The translations under genes were made by a program, and so were the position numbers. From Macrostomum lignano (lineage: Eukaryota), in NCBI GenBank assembly GCA_002269645.1, contig NIVC01000368.1:62001-126000 (forward strand): a stretch of 64,000 nt of DNA. Reading direction: 5' to 3'. Shown here one piece after another: positions 41,201 to 54,200 of this stretch (position 1 is the first letter of the stretch; the number at the start of each line of letters is the position of its first letter). Under the pieces are notes generated by a model, which searched no databases, was not told the DNA's origin, and saw only the letters and a list, made by a program, of their open reading frames with translations.

Positions 41201-44200
41201 CTGAGACAATAGTGAGGCGAGTTCGCGGGAAACGCTGCAAACCAAGACAGTGGAAACAAAGACTATAAAGGTGACACTGCTGAACTTCTGTACCACAGAC
41301 CCTTCTGAAATTCTAATCTATCAATTAAGTTACATTTTTATTCGATTCCTCTTGATCCCTACTCAATCAGTGACACTTTAATCCCAAACACAATGATCCC
41401 TAATCCCTCAGTCGGCGACACTTTGATCCCAAACAAAATCCCTAATGCCTCAGTCGGCGACACTTTGATCCCAAACAAAATCCCTAATGCCTCAGTCGGC
41501 GACACTTTGATCCCAAACAAAATCCCTAATGCCTCAGTCGGCGACACTTTGATCCCAAACACAATCCCTAATGCCTCAGTCGGCGACACTTTGATCCCAA
41601 ACAAAATCCCTAATGCCTCAGTCGGCGACACTTTGATCCCAAACAAAATCCCTAATGCCTCAGTCGGCGACACTTTGATCCCAAACACAATCCCTAATGC
41701 CTCAGTCGGCGACACTTTGATCCCAAACAAAATCCCTAATGCCTCAGTCGGCGACACTTTGATCCCAAACACAATCCCTAATGCCTCAGTCGGCGACACT
41801 TTGATCCCAAACAAAATCCCTAATGCCTCAGTCGGCGACACTTTGATCCCAAACAAAATCCCTAATGCCTCAGTCGGCGACACTTTGATCCCAAACAAAA
41901 TCCCTAATCCCTCAGCCGGCGACACTTTGATCCCAAACAAAATCCCTAATGCCTCAGTCGGCGACACTTTGATCCCAAACACCCAAATGACACCTAAAAT
42001 TGAAATGATATATAAACACAGTTCATACTACTCACCTGGGTATAAGCTTCTGCCCAGCCAGGCACACTATACGAAGGGCACATTCCACAATCTGATCCCC
42101 GCAATAGTCGGACACGGCTGCGCCAGAGCCACCATTGCTGGCATTGCTATATGGTCCCCCAGAATAGCAATGATAGACGAGACCGCAAGCTAGTAGGCGA
42201 GCCAGGGAACACGATGTCGAAGATTGCTTTCGATGTTCGCCGTTACTACTAGTCTCAGTAGTATCAGTAGAAAGTCTAGCTTCAATCTGATTGGCTAAAG
42301 GCTTGTTACTATTGACGCCAAAATTGCTAATCCGGCACAATAGCCACAGCAAACGGATGCTGCACACTTGGCCAAAGTAGATCCAAGAGCGCCTGCGATA
42401 ATCTTGCGATCGTCCCACATAGCAGCACTTGCTCGCTAGCCAATCAAGTAGGTCGAGGCAGCGTTCAGTTACCAGCTGGCGACCAATCAGATCGCACCAT
42501 TGCGGCTGGTTGCACAGGTCTGCGGAATTGCACGATAATGGCGATCTGGGATTCTGGGAGAATGCTAGCTAATGGAGATTCTGGGAGAATGCTAGCTAAT
42601 GGGGATTCTGGGAGAATGCTAGCTAATGGGGATCTGGGAGAAATGTAGCTAGTGGGGATCTGGGAGAATTGTAGCTCATGGGGATCTGGGAGAACTGTAG
42701 CTAATGGGGATCTGGGAGAATTGTAACTCATGGGGATCTGGGAGAATTGTAGCTCATGGGAATCTGGGAGAATTGTAGCTAATGGGGATCTGGGAGAACT
42801 GTAGCTAATGGGGATCTGGGAGAACTGTAGCTAATGGGGATCTGGGAGAACTGTAGCTAATGGGGATCTGGGAGAATTGTAACTCATGGGGATCTGGGAG
42901 AATTGTAGCTCATGGGAATCTGGGAGAATTGTAGCTAATGGGGATCTGGGAGAACTGTAGCTAATGGGGATCTGGGAGAACTGTAGCTAATGGGGATCTG
43001 GGAGAACTGTAGCTAATGGGGATCTGGGAGAATTGTAACTCATGGGGATCTGGGAGAATTGTAGCTCATGGGAATCTGGGAGAATTGTAGCTAATGGGGA
43101 TCTGGGAGAACTGTAGCTAATGGGGATCTGGGAGAACTGTAGCTAATGGGGATCTGGGAGAACTGTAGCTAATGGGGATCTGGGAGAATTGTAACTCATG
43201 GGGATCTGGGAGAATTGTAGCTCATGGGAATCTGAGAGAATTGTAGCTAATGGGGATCTGGGAGAACTGTAGCTAATGGGGATCTGGGAGAACTGTAGCT
43301 AATGGGGATCTGGGAGATTGGGGTAGCTAATGGGGATCTGGGAGAATTGACACTTGAAAAAGCATTCTTACAGCCCAGCAGTTTGCAATAAGCGCCCAGC
43401 CGAACAACATTACGCTCGAAAGCTTCTGTAACGTGCTGATTAAACTGCAGACTATCCACGCTAAGCTGTGGCAACAGATAGTTGAGCACTAGTTCGAGTC
43501 TGTGCTTAGACTGGCACTGGGAATCCACATAATGCTTATATAGATCAGTTAACAGACGGACAGCTTTCACAGCGGAATCGCAGGAGTCTTGAGCGGCAGA
43601 CAGAATGGCTACGAAAGCTAAATTGCTATTCTTTAATTTGGCATCAGTGGTGTCGCTTTGCAGTGCTGAGTTTAATAGGATCTGATCGAATACTAACTTG
43701 CGACTGCGCTCGTGGTTGCATAGTACATGAAGTACTTCCAGGATCTGGTCAAAGGGGAAAGGATTATAGCGGTATCAAATTCTACTGAGAGTTTAGAAAC
43801 TGGGTGTATTAACAAAGGATAAAGCAGTTAAGGGATCTAGGAAATCAAGACCTAGGAAGAGAATGGGATTTGGGAAGCGAATGGGATTTGGGAAGATAAT
43901 GGGATCTGGGAAGCGAATGGGATATGGGAAGAGAATGGAATCTGGAAAGAGAATGGGATTCGGGAAGATAATGGGATCTGGGAAGAGAATGGGATTTGGG
44001 AGGAGAATGGGATTAGGGAAGAGAATGGGATTTGGGAGGAGAATGGGATTAGGGAAGAGAATGGGATTCGGGAAGAGAATGAGGTTTGGGAAGAGAATGG
44101 GATTCGGGAGGAGAATGGGATTAGGGAAGAGAATGGGATTTGGGAGGAGAATGGGATTAGGGAAGAGAATGGGATTCGGGAAGAGAATGGGGTTTGGGAA

Positions 44201-47200
44201 GAGAATGGGATTCGGGAGGAGAATGGGATTAGGGAAGAGAATGGGATTTGGGAGGAGAATGGGATTAGGGAAGAGAATGGGATTCGGGAAGAGAATAGGG
44301 TTTGGGAAGAGAATGGGATTCGGGAGGAGAATGGGATCTGGGAAGAGAATGGGATTTGGGAAGAGAATTGGATTAGGGAAGAGAATGGGATTTGGGAGGA
44401 GAATGGGATTAGGGAAGAGAATGGGATTCGGGAAGAGAATGGGGTTTGGGAAGAGAATGGGATTCGGGAGGAGAATGGGATCTGGGAAAATATTAGGATC
44501 TATGAAGAGATAGAATGGGATTTGGGAAGAGAGATAGAATGGGATTTGGGAAGAGAATGGAATCTAGGAAGATAATGGGATCTGGGAAGGTAAGGGGATC
44601 TGAGAAGGTAAGGGGATCTGAGAAGGTAATGGGTTCTGGGAAGAGAATGGGGTCTGGGAATTGAGAATGGGATCTGGGAGAATGGGAGTTAAGAAGAGAC
44701 AAGGATATGTGTGTAGAGGCAACTGGATGTCAGACGACACAGGGACAAACATTTCACTCACTTTGCCTTGAAGCAGCTTCTCCGCTGTCAGCTGATCCAA
44801 CAGCGGTCCCAAGCAGACTGGCAAATACTCATAAGTAGGCAACAAGTCCTGATTGAAGCCAGAAGTGGCAATATCAATAAGCAAATTAGCGGAATACAAT
44901 GGCGCCCATCTACTATTGCAACTGCCAGTCAGTAGTACGTGAAACACAGCTTGAATGCTCTGATAGGAATTGGTTGGACAGTTAAACAGCTGTTCACCAC
45001 ATCCACCAAGATAGTAGATTAGCGACATTGAATAAATAGTAATGCTTAATGACGGATTCTCCAAATTTTTCAATAGCTGCTTTTTTAGCCAGTGAAACTT
45101 GTCAGAATTGCGAACCAAATTCTGGCAGTCGGTATTGCCGCGAAGCAGAGAAGCGAGAATGCCAAGCGATGGTTCGTAGATTGCCATGTCCGAGTCGTTT
45201 CTGGGGAAGTTAAAATCATAAATAAATAAATGTCTATGATTGCTGTTCACGACACGCCCTGAATTCACTACTTAATTAATAGATTCAGTAATTAGTCGGT
45301 GTAATTTTTAAGCATATTATGTTTGTTAAACCCTGAAAATAGCTTTAATTAGGGTATTTTACAAAACTGTTTATAATAATTTGTGATATCAAGCCCTTCT
45401 TGAATCATGTGGATTACTAAACTTTCATCCTTTAAGTTTTACTAAATTACGAACCCTCCCTGAAGCTTTCTTAGACTACTAACCCCTCCCTGAAGTTTTA
45501 TCAGGCTACTAATCCCTCCCTGAAGTTTTATCAAGCTACTAACCCCTCCCTGAAGTTTTATCAAGCTAATAACTATTCTCTGAAGTTTTATCAAGCTACT
45601 AACCCCTCCCTGAAGTTTTATCAGGCTAATAACTATTCTCTGAAGTTTTATCAGGCTACTAACCCCTCCCTGAAGTTTTATCAGGCTAATAACTATTCTC
45701 TGAAGTTTTATCAAGCTACTAACCCCTCCCTGAAGTTTTATCAAGCTAATAACTATTCTCTGAAGTTTTATCAAGCTACTAACCCCTCCCTGAAGTTTTA
45801 TCAGGCTAATAGCTATTCTCTGAAGTTTTATCAAGCTACTAACCCCTCCCTGAAGTTTTATCAGGCTAATAACTATTCTCTGAAGTTTTATCAAGCTACT
45901 AACCCCTCCCTGAAGTTTTATCAGGCTAATAACTATTCTCTGAAGTTTTATCAGGCTACAAACCCCTACCTGAAGTTTTATCAAGCTAATAACTATTCTT
46001 TGAAGTTTTATCAGGCTACAAACCCCTACCTGAAGTTTTATCAAGCTAATAACTATTCTCTGAAGTTTTATCAAGCTACTAACCTTTCCCTGAAGTTTTA
46101 TCAGGCTAATAACTATTCTCTGAAGTTTTATCAGGCTAATAACTATTCTCTGAAGTTTTATCAGGCTAATAACTATACTCTGAAGTTTTATCAGGCTACT
46201 AACCCCTCCCTGAAGTTTTATCAGGCTACTAATCCCTCCCTGAAGTTTTATCAGGCTACTAACCCCTCCCTGAAGTTTTATCAGGCTAATAACTATTCTC
46301 TGAAGTTTTATCAGGCTACTAACCCCTCCCTGAAGTTTTATCAAGCTACTAATTCCTCCCTGAAGTTTTATCAAGCTACTAACCCCTCCCTGAAGTTTTA
46401 TCAGGCTAATAACCATTCTCTGAAGTTTTATCAGGCTACAAACCCCTACCTGAAGTTTTATCAGGCTACAAAACCCCACTTTGCTGTTTTATCATACTAC
46501 AAACCCCTCCCTGAAGTTTTTAGGCTACCCACCCCTCCCTGAAGCTATATTACAAGCCTACCTGAGATAGAACAGCAGCACGGAAACCACGGAGGCAACT
46601 GCCGCAGCCCTGTCACCGTCAGTCCAAGCGCCAAAATGATAATCAAAGCAGAGCGCCTGCAGCAAGCACAGGCCGTCAGTCAGCAACGGATGCGATGGAC
46701 GCTGGTGAAAGAACACTGGCAGACGATCTAAGCAGCTGTGCGATTCCAGCAGCGTCTCCTGCCACGCTCGACTACTTGCTGAAAATTTATGAGGAATGGG
46801 CAATAAATGTCTGTTATCATAAATCTCTTTTCGAATCACATAAATCCCTATTAAAATTTCATAAATCCCTATTATATTCACAGAAATTTCAATCAGAATC
46901 TCAAATAACTAAATTAGAATCGCATAAATACCAATTAGAAACTCATAAAATCCCAATTAGAAACTCAAAAATCTCGATTAGCATGATCTCATAAATCCCT
47001 ATTAGAATTCCATGAATCCCAATTAGAAACTCAAAAATCTCAATTAGCATGATCTCATGAATCCCTATTAGAATTCCATGAATCCCAATTAGAAACTCAA
47101 ATCTCAATTAGAATATCATAAATCTGAATTAGAATTTCATAAATCCGAATTAGAATCTCATTAAACTACCAATTAGAATTCCATGAATCCCAATTAGAAA

Positions 47201-48423
47201 CTCAAATCTCAATTAGAATATCATAAATCCAAATTAGAATTTCATAAATCCGAATTAGAATCTCATTAAACTACCAATTAGAATTTCATAAATCCGAATT
47301 AGAATCTCAAAAAAGCCCAATTATAATTTCATAAAAATCCCAATTAGAATCTATAAATTCGAATTAGAATCTCATAAAAATCTCTTGAATTAGAATCTCA
47401 TAAATCTAAGTTAAAATCTTATAATAAATCCCTTTAATAATATCATATAGATAACTATTTGAATCCGAAATCCCAATTATAATCTTAGTAGTCTTAAATA
47501 GAAACACGTAAGTTTTATCTAACGTAACTGAACTGAACTCACCCAGGTGGGTCAGTAGCTTTACGCATCTGCGCCGAACAGAGTGCGACACTCCGCTCCG
47601 CCCGGTGACAAGCAATTCCAGCAGCGCTTCCAGACAATCGCGAGTCACGACGGACTCCAGCTCCAGTTGTGACGGGTGCAGACCCAAGAAATGCTGAATT
47701 GTTGTGGAATTCAATAAATATAGATCAATATATCAATCAATATAAGCTATACAAGTGCCAAGGGAAGAAGGGAATAGGAACTGGGAAAAGAAAGAAAGGA
47801 ATCTGGGAAGAGTCTGGAATCCAAAAAAGAATGAGATCTGAGAAGAAATGGGATCTAGAAAGAGACTGGAATCTGAGAGTGAGAAGAGAGAATTTTGTAT
47901 GAGGTCTAGGAAGAGAATGGGATCTGGGAAGAGAATGGGATCTGGGAAGAGAATGGGATCTGGGAAGAGAATGGGATCTGGGAAGAGAATGGGATATGGG
48001 AAGAGAATGGGATCTAGGAAGAGAATGCAATCTGAGAAGAGAATGGGATCTGGGAAGATAATGGGATCTGGGAAGAGAATGCGATCGGGGAAGAGAATGG
48101 GATATGGGAAGAGAATGCAATCTGAGAAGAGAATGGGATCTGGGAAGAGAATGGGATCTGGGAAGAGAATGGGACCTGGGAACAGACTAGGATGTGGGAA
48201 TAAGATTTGCAAAAAGAAATGGGATCTAGGGATTCATATCTAAGAGGCATATCAGTTGACATTTGGCAAATGCAATTGAGGAGACAATTGGGTCTAGTAA
48301 ACAAAGACTTACATCAATTCGATGGGACAGCACCAGCTCATTGTTGCTGGCGCCACTGTCTTGCTGCTTACCACTACAACCAAGGTAGTGGTCAATTTCT
48401 GTCAGCAGGGATGAAAAGTCTGC
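38203..48423 (-). CDS. CIP2A: CIP2A (cancerous inhibitor of PP2A, KIAA1524) orthologue; 8 exons, about 835 aa; no genomic ATG in the first coding exon
   Basis: Exons 48423-48313, 47693-47543, 46778-46562, 45200-44762, 43744-43354, 42519-42036, 41234-40940, 38619-38203, all phases consistent (2505 nt). Armadillo-like motifs (EPSLGILASLL, SLSITIYSMSL, GEQLF, YSANLLIDI, YEYLPVCL, KILEVLHVLC) and QLDQLINDV-K...RVSDLLTLYESKL coiled coil match recalled CIP2A. Confidence 0.85.
38770..40737. repeat. 21-23-bp minisatellite (GAGACTCAGGGTGGTCACTCA)n in CIP2A intron 7
   Basis: About 90 copies. Confidence 0.95.
41365..41980. repeat. 42-bp minisatellite in CIP2A intron 6
   Basis: ATCCCTAATGCCTCAGTCGGCGACACTTTGATCCCAAACAAA, about 14 copies. 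Confidence 0.95.
42545..43348. repeat. About 27-bp minisatellite in CIP2A intron 5
   Basis: GGGGATCTGGGAGAACTGTAGCTAAT units with higher-order periodicity. Confidence 0.93.
43855..44690. repeat. 18-bp minisatellite (GGGAAGAGAATGGGATTT)n in CIP2A intron 4
   Basis: Period 18. Confidence 0.93.
45455..46550. repeat. 30-bp minisatellite (CTGAAGTTTTATCAGGCTACTAACCCCTCC)n in CIP2A intron 3
   Basis: Period 30, two variants. Confidence 0.95.
46820..47410. repeat. Degenerate minisatellite (CATAAATCCCAATTAGAA) in CIP2A intron 2
   Basis: Units of about 20 bp. Confidence 0.82.
47790..48230. repeat. 18-bp minisatellite (GGGAAGAGAATGGGATCT)n in CIP2A intron 1, same family as 43855-44690
   Basis: Period 18. 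Confidence 0.92.
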
Positions 48424-49949
48424 CTGGAAGTTAATTTAACTATAGCTTTAAAATCCAACCACTTTGTTCAATGCAATCATTACTCCTAGATATGTACTCT
48501 GATCAAAGCTAATGTATCAGAACCAGAGTCCAAAGAAATACTATGAAAATAATTTTTTTAAATATTGATACATACATTTTTTGCTTAATTTTCACCAAAA
48601 TGTAATGGTTAACACTTTCAGATTTTCAAGAGCCTAGAGAATTATATATACTGAAATTTTAAACAATTTTCTATCAAATAAACTACCAAGATAGCTTATG
48701 TAGATAGCAATAGTATTACATTAAATATAAACTTAATATTTGAGAAAAACTGAAATGAATGAATTGTAATAGAAAGTTTTATATTCTTTTAATGTTTTAC
48801 TGAAATCCAATAAAATTTTTTACTTAGTAACATCTATTAGAATTTAAAAAATAGGCTTTGTTTTATGATATCTTTGAAACTAGCCTAAAAAGTTAAATTT
48901 AAAGTTAGGCCTGGACAAGATTACAATATCAAAGTATTAAATTAATAGGTTTATTATTAATTAAATTGGTAAATAGATCCTAACCCTATTTCTATGATTT
49001 AGAATAAGAAGTTCAAGTCTAAGATCCTAACAAAAAGTAGAAGGCCAGTCTTATCTAATTCTAAAAAAATTGAATTTAAACACTAGAATTTAGATATTAT
49101 TATATATATGCACTAATATATTTTTTTGTAATTTCAATTAAGTTATATAGATTTATAGCTTGTTGACTAATAATATAGAAATAGGAATATTATCTTATTT
49201 TATGCGAGAATTCAATTTTGCCACTTTGGCAACTATTTATTTTGATTCAGCCAAATTGGTTTATAAACAATGGCAGCACCTCACAGGTGCCACAGCAAAG
49301 GGCTTAGCACTTCTAATTAGGTCCCTAAGGGGGAGGGGGTGGTTAAATGGTCAATCCTTTCTCCTAGCATTGTTAAAAATTAAAATAGGCCTTAGCCTTA
49401 GCATAGCACATTATACTCAAATTTCATAAAAATCATTGCATATAACAATCTTAATTCTTGTATTGTATTAAAACATTATGGTAGATCACCCTATCAAAGA
49501 ATAGGAAGATATTCCCTTAGCCTATTCATTACCAAAAAGAGATGGGGATAAGAGCCTAGGATGGTAATCATCTAGATCTAGGTCTTAGACTTTTAGCCCT
49601 TGTCATTTTGTCAATTGGCATTTTATAAACAGGCTATTTTGTCAACTCTCTTCTTACATTGTTGTTGTTTTAACTAGGCCTAGCCAATAAATAAAGCAGT
49701 CTCAAACATTGGTCACTTTGTCAACTGGCTAATGAGGACATACATGCGCAACAGTCGGCCGAGTCGGCCGATCCGGCCGACCGATTTGGCGGCCAACCAA
49801 GTAAGTCGCAAAATTGATTAACCGCCAAAAAAAACGAAAAAACAAAAGACGAAAAAGGGGAAAGGAAAAGGAAAAAACGAAAAAAAAGGGAGCAAAGAGA
49901 AAGAGAAAAACACAAAAAGAGTTGTAAGTGCTGTAAGTTGCAGCACTGA

Positions 49950-50860
49950 AGACAAGGTAAGTCGCACCGAGGGCGAGCTAAGTCGCACCGAGGGCAAGCT
50001 AAGTCGCAGCAGGACCGAGCTAAGTCGCATCGAGGGCGAGCTAAGTCGCACCGAGGGCAAAATAAGTCGCACCGAGCGAGAGCTAAGTCGCACTAAGTCG
50101 CAGCAGGACCGAGCTAAGTCGCACCGAGGGCGAGCTAAGTCGCAGCAGGACCGAGCTAAGTCGCACCGAGGGCGAACTAAGTCGCACCGAGCGAGAGCTA
50201 AGTCGCACTAAGTCGCAGCAGGACCAAGCTAAGTCGCACCGAGGGCGAGCTAAGTTGCAGCAGGACCGAGCTAAGTCGCACCGAGGGCGAACTAAGTCGC
50301 ACCGAGCGAGAGCTAAGTCGCACTGAGGGCGAGCTATGTCGCAGCAGGACCGAGCTAAGTCGCACTAAGGGCGAGCTAAGTCGCACCGAGGGCAAAATAA
50401 GTCGCACCGAGCGAGAGCTAAGTCGCAGTAAGTCGCAGCAGGACCGAGCTAAGTCGCACCGAGGGCGAGCTAAGTCGCAGCAGGACCGAGCTAAGTCGCA
50501 CCGAGGGCGAACTAAGTCGCACCGAGCGAGAGCTAAGTCGCACTAAGTCGCAGCAGGACCGAGCTAAGTCGCACCGAGGGCGAGCTAAGTCGCACCGAGC
50601 GAGAGCTAAGTCGCACCGAGGGCGAGCTAAGTCGCAGCAGGACCGAGCTAAGTCGCATCGAGGGCGAACTAAGTCGCACCGAGCGAGAGCTAAGTCGCAC
50701 TAAGTTGCAGCAGGACCGAGCTAAGTCGCACCGAGGGCGAGCTAAGTCGCACCGAGCAAGAGCTAAGTCGCACTGAGGGCGAGCTAAGTCGCAGCAGGAC
50801 CGAGTAAGTCGCAGCAGGGCCGAGGTAAGTCGCAGCAGGACTGAGTTAAGTCGCAGAGCA
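49950..50860. repeat. Subterminal tandem array of TAAGTCGCA motifs (putative transposase-binding sites)
   Basis: Dozens of CTAAGTCGCA(CCGAG/GCAGGACCGAG) units. The same motif recurs near the other TIR (about 56020-56060). Confidence 0.85.
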
Positions 50861-51205
50861 TCTTTAGGATTATTAGGATAGGATTAGTTTAGGATGAATT
50901 TAATGTATCACTTACTAGGGTGTAGGCTACGTGTGCATTAACGCATCAATTTGAAAAATTAAGAATTACGAAGCCAGAAATGGCTAAGGAATAGAAATAG
51001 GGATAGAATAACTTATAAGCAGTAATTTTTCAGCCCTATTACAATTGCAAATCATACTTTTAATAATATTTAATTAGCAAATTAAAACTGCAAGATTCTA
51101 ACGGTCTTATATATGAACTTAGAAGAACTGTAGTCTTAATGATTATGCATGTACCATTGTAATAATTGATTAAAATTGTAGCAAATTAAAACTGATAAAA
51201 AACTT

Positions 51206-54200
51206 TCAAAATAGTCCACTTAGCAAATCAGAATCAGAATCTTTAATTTCCTCGTCTACGTTGGATTCTTTTTGCCGTTGACCTCCAGGAGCATCAGAAC
51301 GCCAGTGTTTTTTCAGCCAATCATTGACATAAATATCTGGCTTAAATTTCATCAGCGGAGGCCCATTTATTCGAATCCGTAGTAGATGCTCCAATGTTTT
51401 TGGTGCCAAGCGTGTTCTCCTGTCATAGGCAATGTGCTTATAGATAGAAAACCCTCTTTCAGCCTCAGCTGATGATATTGGCAAAGTTAACACAACCATA
51501 ATTAGATTCTTTATTCTGGGCAGCCATTCAACAGTTCTTGTCTCTAGAAAGTGATAGAAAGTGACTCCAAAATTTCACCGGACCTTTGCCTTTGTAGGCA
51601 CAGAAGTCAACACTATGCGAAGTGATCAAACTTTTTAGGAGTAGACCGAACTGACCAGAGATTGTCCTTTCTGTAGCGCGTTCTGAAGCATCTGCATCTC
51701 TAGAGTCTGAATCAGAAAGATGGTCCTCTGTTTCAGATTCAGAGCTGTCATCTTCCATTCCAAACCGTCTAGCAAGAGGTATGATTCTCGAACTGTATGT
51801 AAAGACAGTATGTAATGTTTCAGCATTAGGCAATAACACTGGGTTGAGCACATTAAATATTGAGTAGTCATCCTCAGGAAAATAATTACGCAGCTGATCA
51901 ATTATGCTATCAATGATTCGACTGCGAATCTCATCCAGTGCTGGATAAGCTCCCATGTCAACAACACTGCCACGTCCACTAGCATCAAATAATCTATTTC
52001 TTAGAGATCTGTCTGCAGCAGAACCTGGTTGCTTCAACTCAAACCTCTCTGTTGGATCGCTGCTTCCAGGGCCAGAAGGACAAGCAAAGTTAGAATAAGA
52101 TAGGTCTCTTGTGTGACATCCTGAATGGTATTCCAGCTGCGGATATCCATCTGCAGTTCCCAAAACTCGACGACACTTGCAGGAAGCCAAAAAGTCCACA
52201 ATGCGAGGACCATTGTTCGTTTTTAAGGTTTCTAGTGAATGGATAAGGTTAGTGTGGCGTTCTTGCAAGCCAATAAATGTACCCTTGGCTCTTTGAAACT
52301 GCAAGGACTCAAATTCCAGTAATTTTAGAATGTCCATGAGAAATAGATGTAATGAATAATACCGGACATTTTGCAATGTTTTCAATAATCCAGAGGCAGT
52401 TGCTTTACTTTCGTCATCAAAGCCTGAGGAAGGTGATTTGATATTTTCTAAATTTGTCAGAAGCAAGTAGTACGACTTTCGAATCACATCAAGAGCAGAC
52501 ACTTCCGATGCAACCCACCTGATGCGATATATTCTTTTTAATTCATAGAAAACCAAGTTGAGTGCTTCCGAAGTTTGTGCCAAAGATGCCTTACCTTTAA
52601 CAGTGTGGCTCATATAAAATTTGTGTAGAGAATTTATATTCTTATCGAGATGTTGCATAAATGGGAAGATTTCAAAGGCATGATAGATTGAAAGTTCTAA
52701 CTTATGCGCTGCACAATGGTGCTGAAAAAATTGTTTGCTAGCCCAAGGCCTCAGTTGACTTATTAATCCCACTCGACTTCCTGTCATTACGGATGCACCA
52801 TCAGTTGTCACCCCCCATAGCCTTCGTTTGATTTCATCTTCTAGCTTGTCATCCGAAAATAAACGGATGAGAAGTTCATAAATGCTTCGTCCAGTCTCTA
52901 CTTCAGTCAGACGTTTAAACCGATAAAAAAACATCAAAGGTTGGCTGTTTTCAAGAACTCTGAAGTATGTCATGACGTAGCTGTTTGAATGAATATCAGA
53001 CGTTGTATCTAGTACAATAGAAATCGGAAGATTGTCAGCACTTTTAATGTAATTCACAAATGTCCGATGCATTGTATTACTGATTGATTCCACCATTGCT
53101 GCGGCACTTTTGCGATGCTTATGATGGCTCCCCATATCCAACCCATTTTTTACTTGTAAATCAATCATATTTGGATGAGCACTGAATGGAATATTAGATT
53201 TGACTTCGGCATAAACTGTTGTCAAAACTCGGGCTGTTATTTCATCTCGTTTAGTTTTAGCTAGTCTAGCGGCCTCATTCATCTGTTTGAGTTGCTTTGC
53301 AAGAACTGAAGTATGTTTTTCCTTCATCCACTTTATGGCGTCACTGTAAAGTGTATTTGATGAATGTTCCTATAGTTTTCTTCGTACGCTATCTTTTGCA
53401 TGACCTTTGGGAATGTAGCCTTGTTCTGTTGCAAAAGTTAACTTACGTTGGCTCTCTAGATTTGTCTCCTTTTTCTTATGTGCATTCAAAAATTTTCTGC
53501 AGATCCGACATTGTATTCCAGATCTTGATAGATCTTCGGTGTTTTGAACATATTGAAACCATGTCTTCATTTCTTGTGACACAAATTTTCTTGAAAATGA
53601 TCTGCAATGGTCAAATTAGAGAATATTTTGGGATTTGGACTATTTGTGAGTATCTAAAAGCAATATGCTAATAAGTGCAATACACAGTACACTATACATT
53701 AATTTACAGTTCGTCAGTTTCCATTTACTTACTGTGACTGGTGCATCTCCAAAGAATGTAACCACTCCTCTCAAAAACCAGATGTATCCTCCCAGTCCTT
53801 TTTAGGGAAAACTTCAATATTTTCGCCCATCATAGAGGAAGACGAGGGCTTTGATGCTGAAGTGGCTAGACATGCGTCTGCAGATGTGCTTATGCATGGT
53901 ATTTTTCTTTGCGATGGCCCTGCTTCTGCAGTATTTACTTGTACTATTTCAACATCACCTGAACCCCTTGAGTCGCTCGAATCTAAATCAACAATAGGAC
54001 TTTGGCAAAGTGATCGTTTCGTTGATTGTCTTTGAATATTTACTTGCCTAATAATTTCCACTTGTAGTTTGCTTGTTTGCTGGTCATTCTCCAACAACTC
54101 TCTTCTTTCCTGTACATTTGCAGCAGAGCAAAAATTAGAAGTTTCTGCAGCAGCAGTTTGAACAGCATGATCTCGATTAGCTGCTATTTGCTCTGAAAAT

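Noticed and set aside
53768-53776. Programmed stop readthrough or selenocysteine at the TGA between the LTD-like ORF and the transposase
   Set aside because: The context TGA GAG is not a known readthrough motif, no SECIS was recognised, and two more lesions downstream show this copy is decayed.
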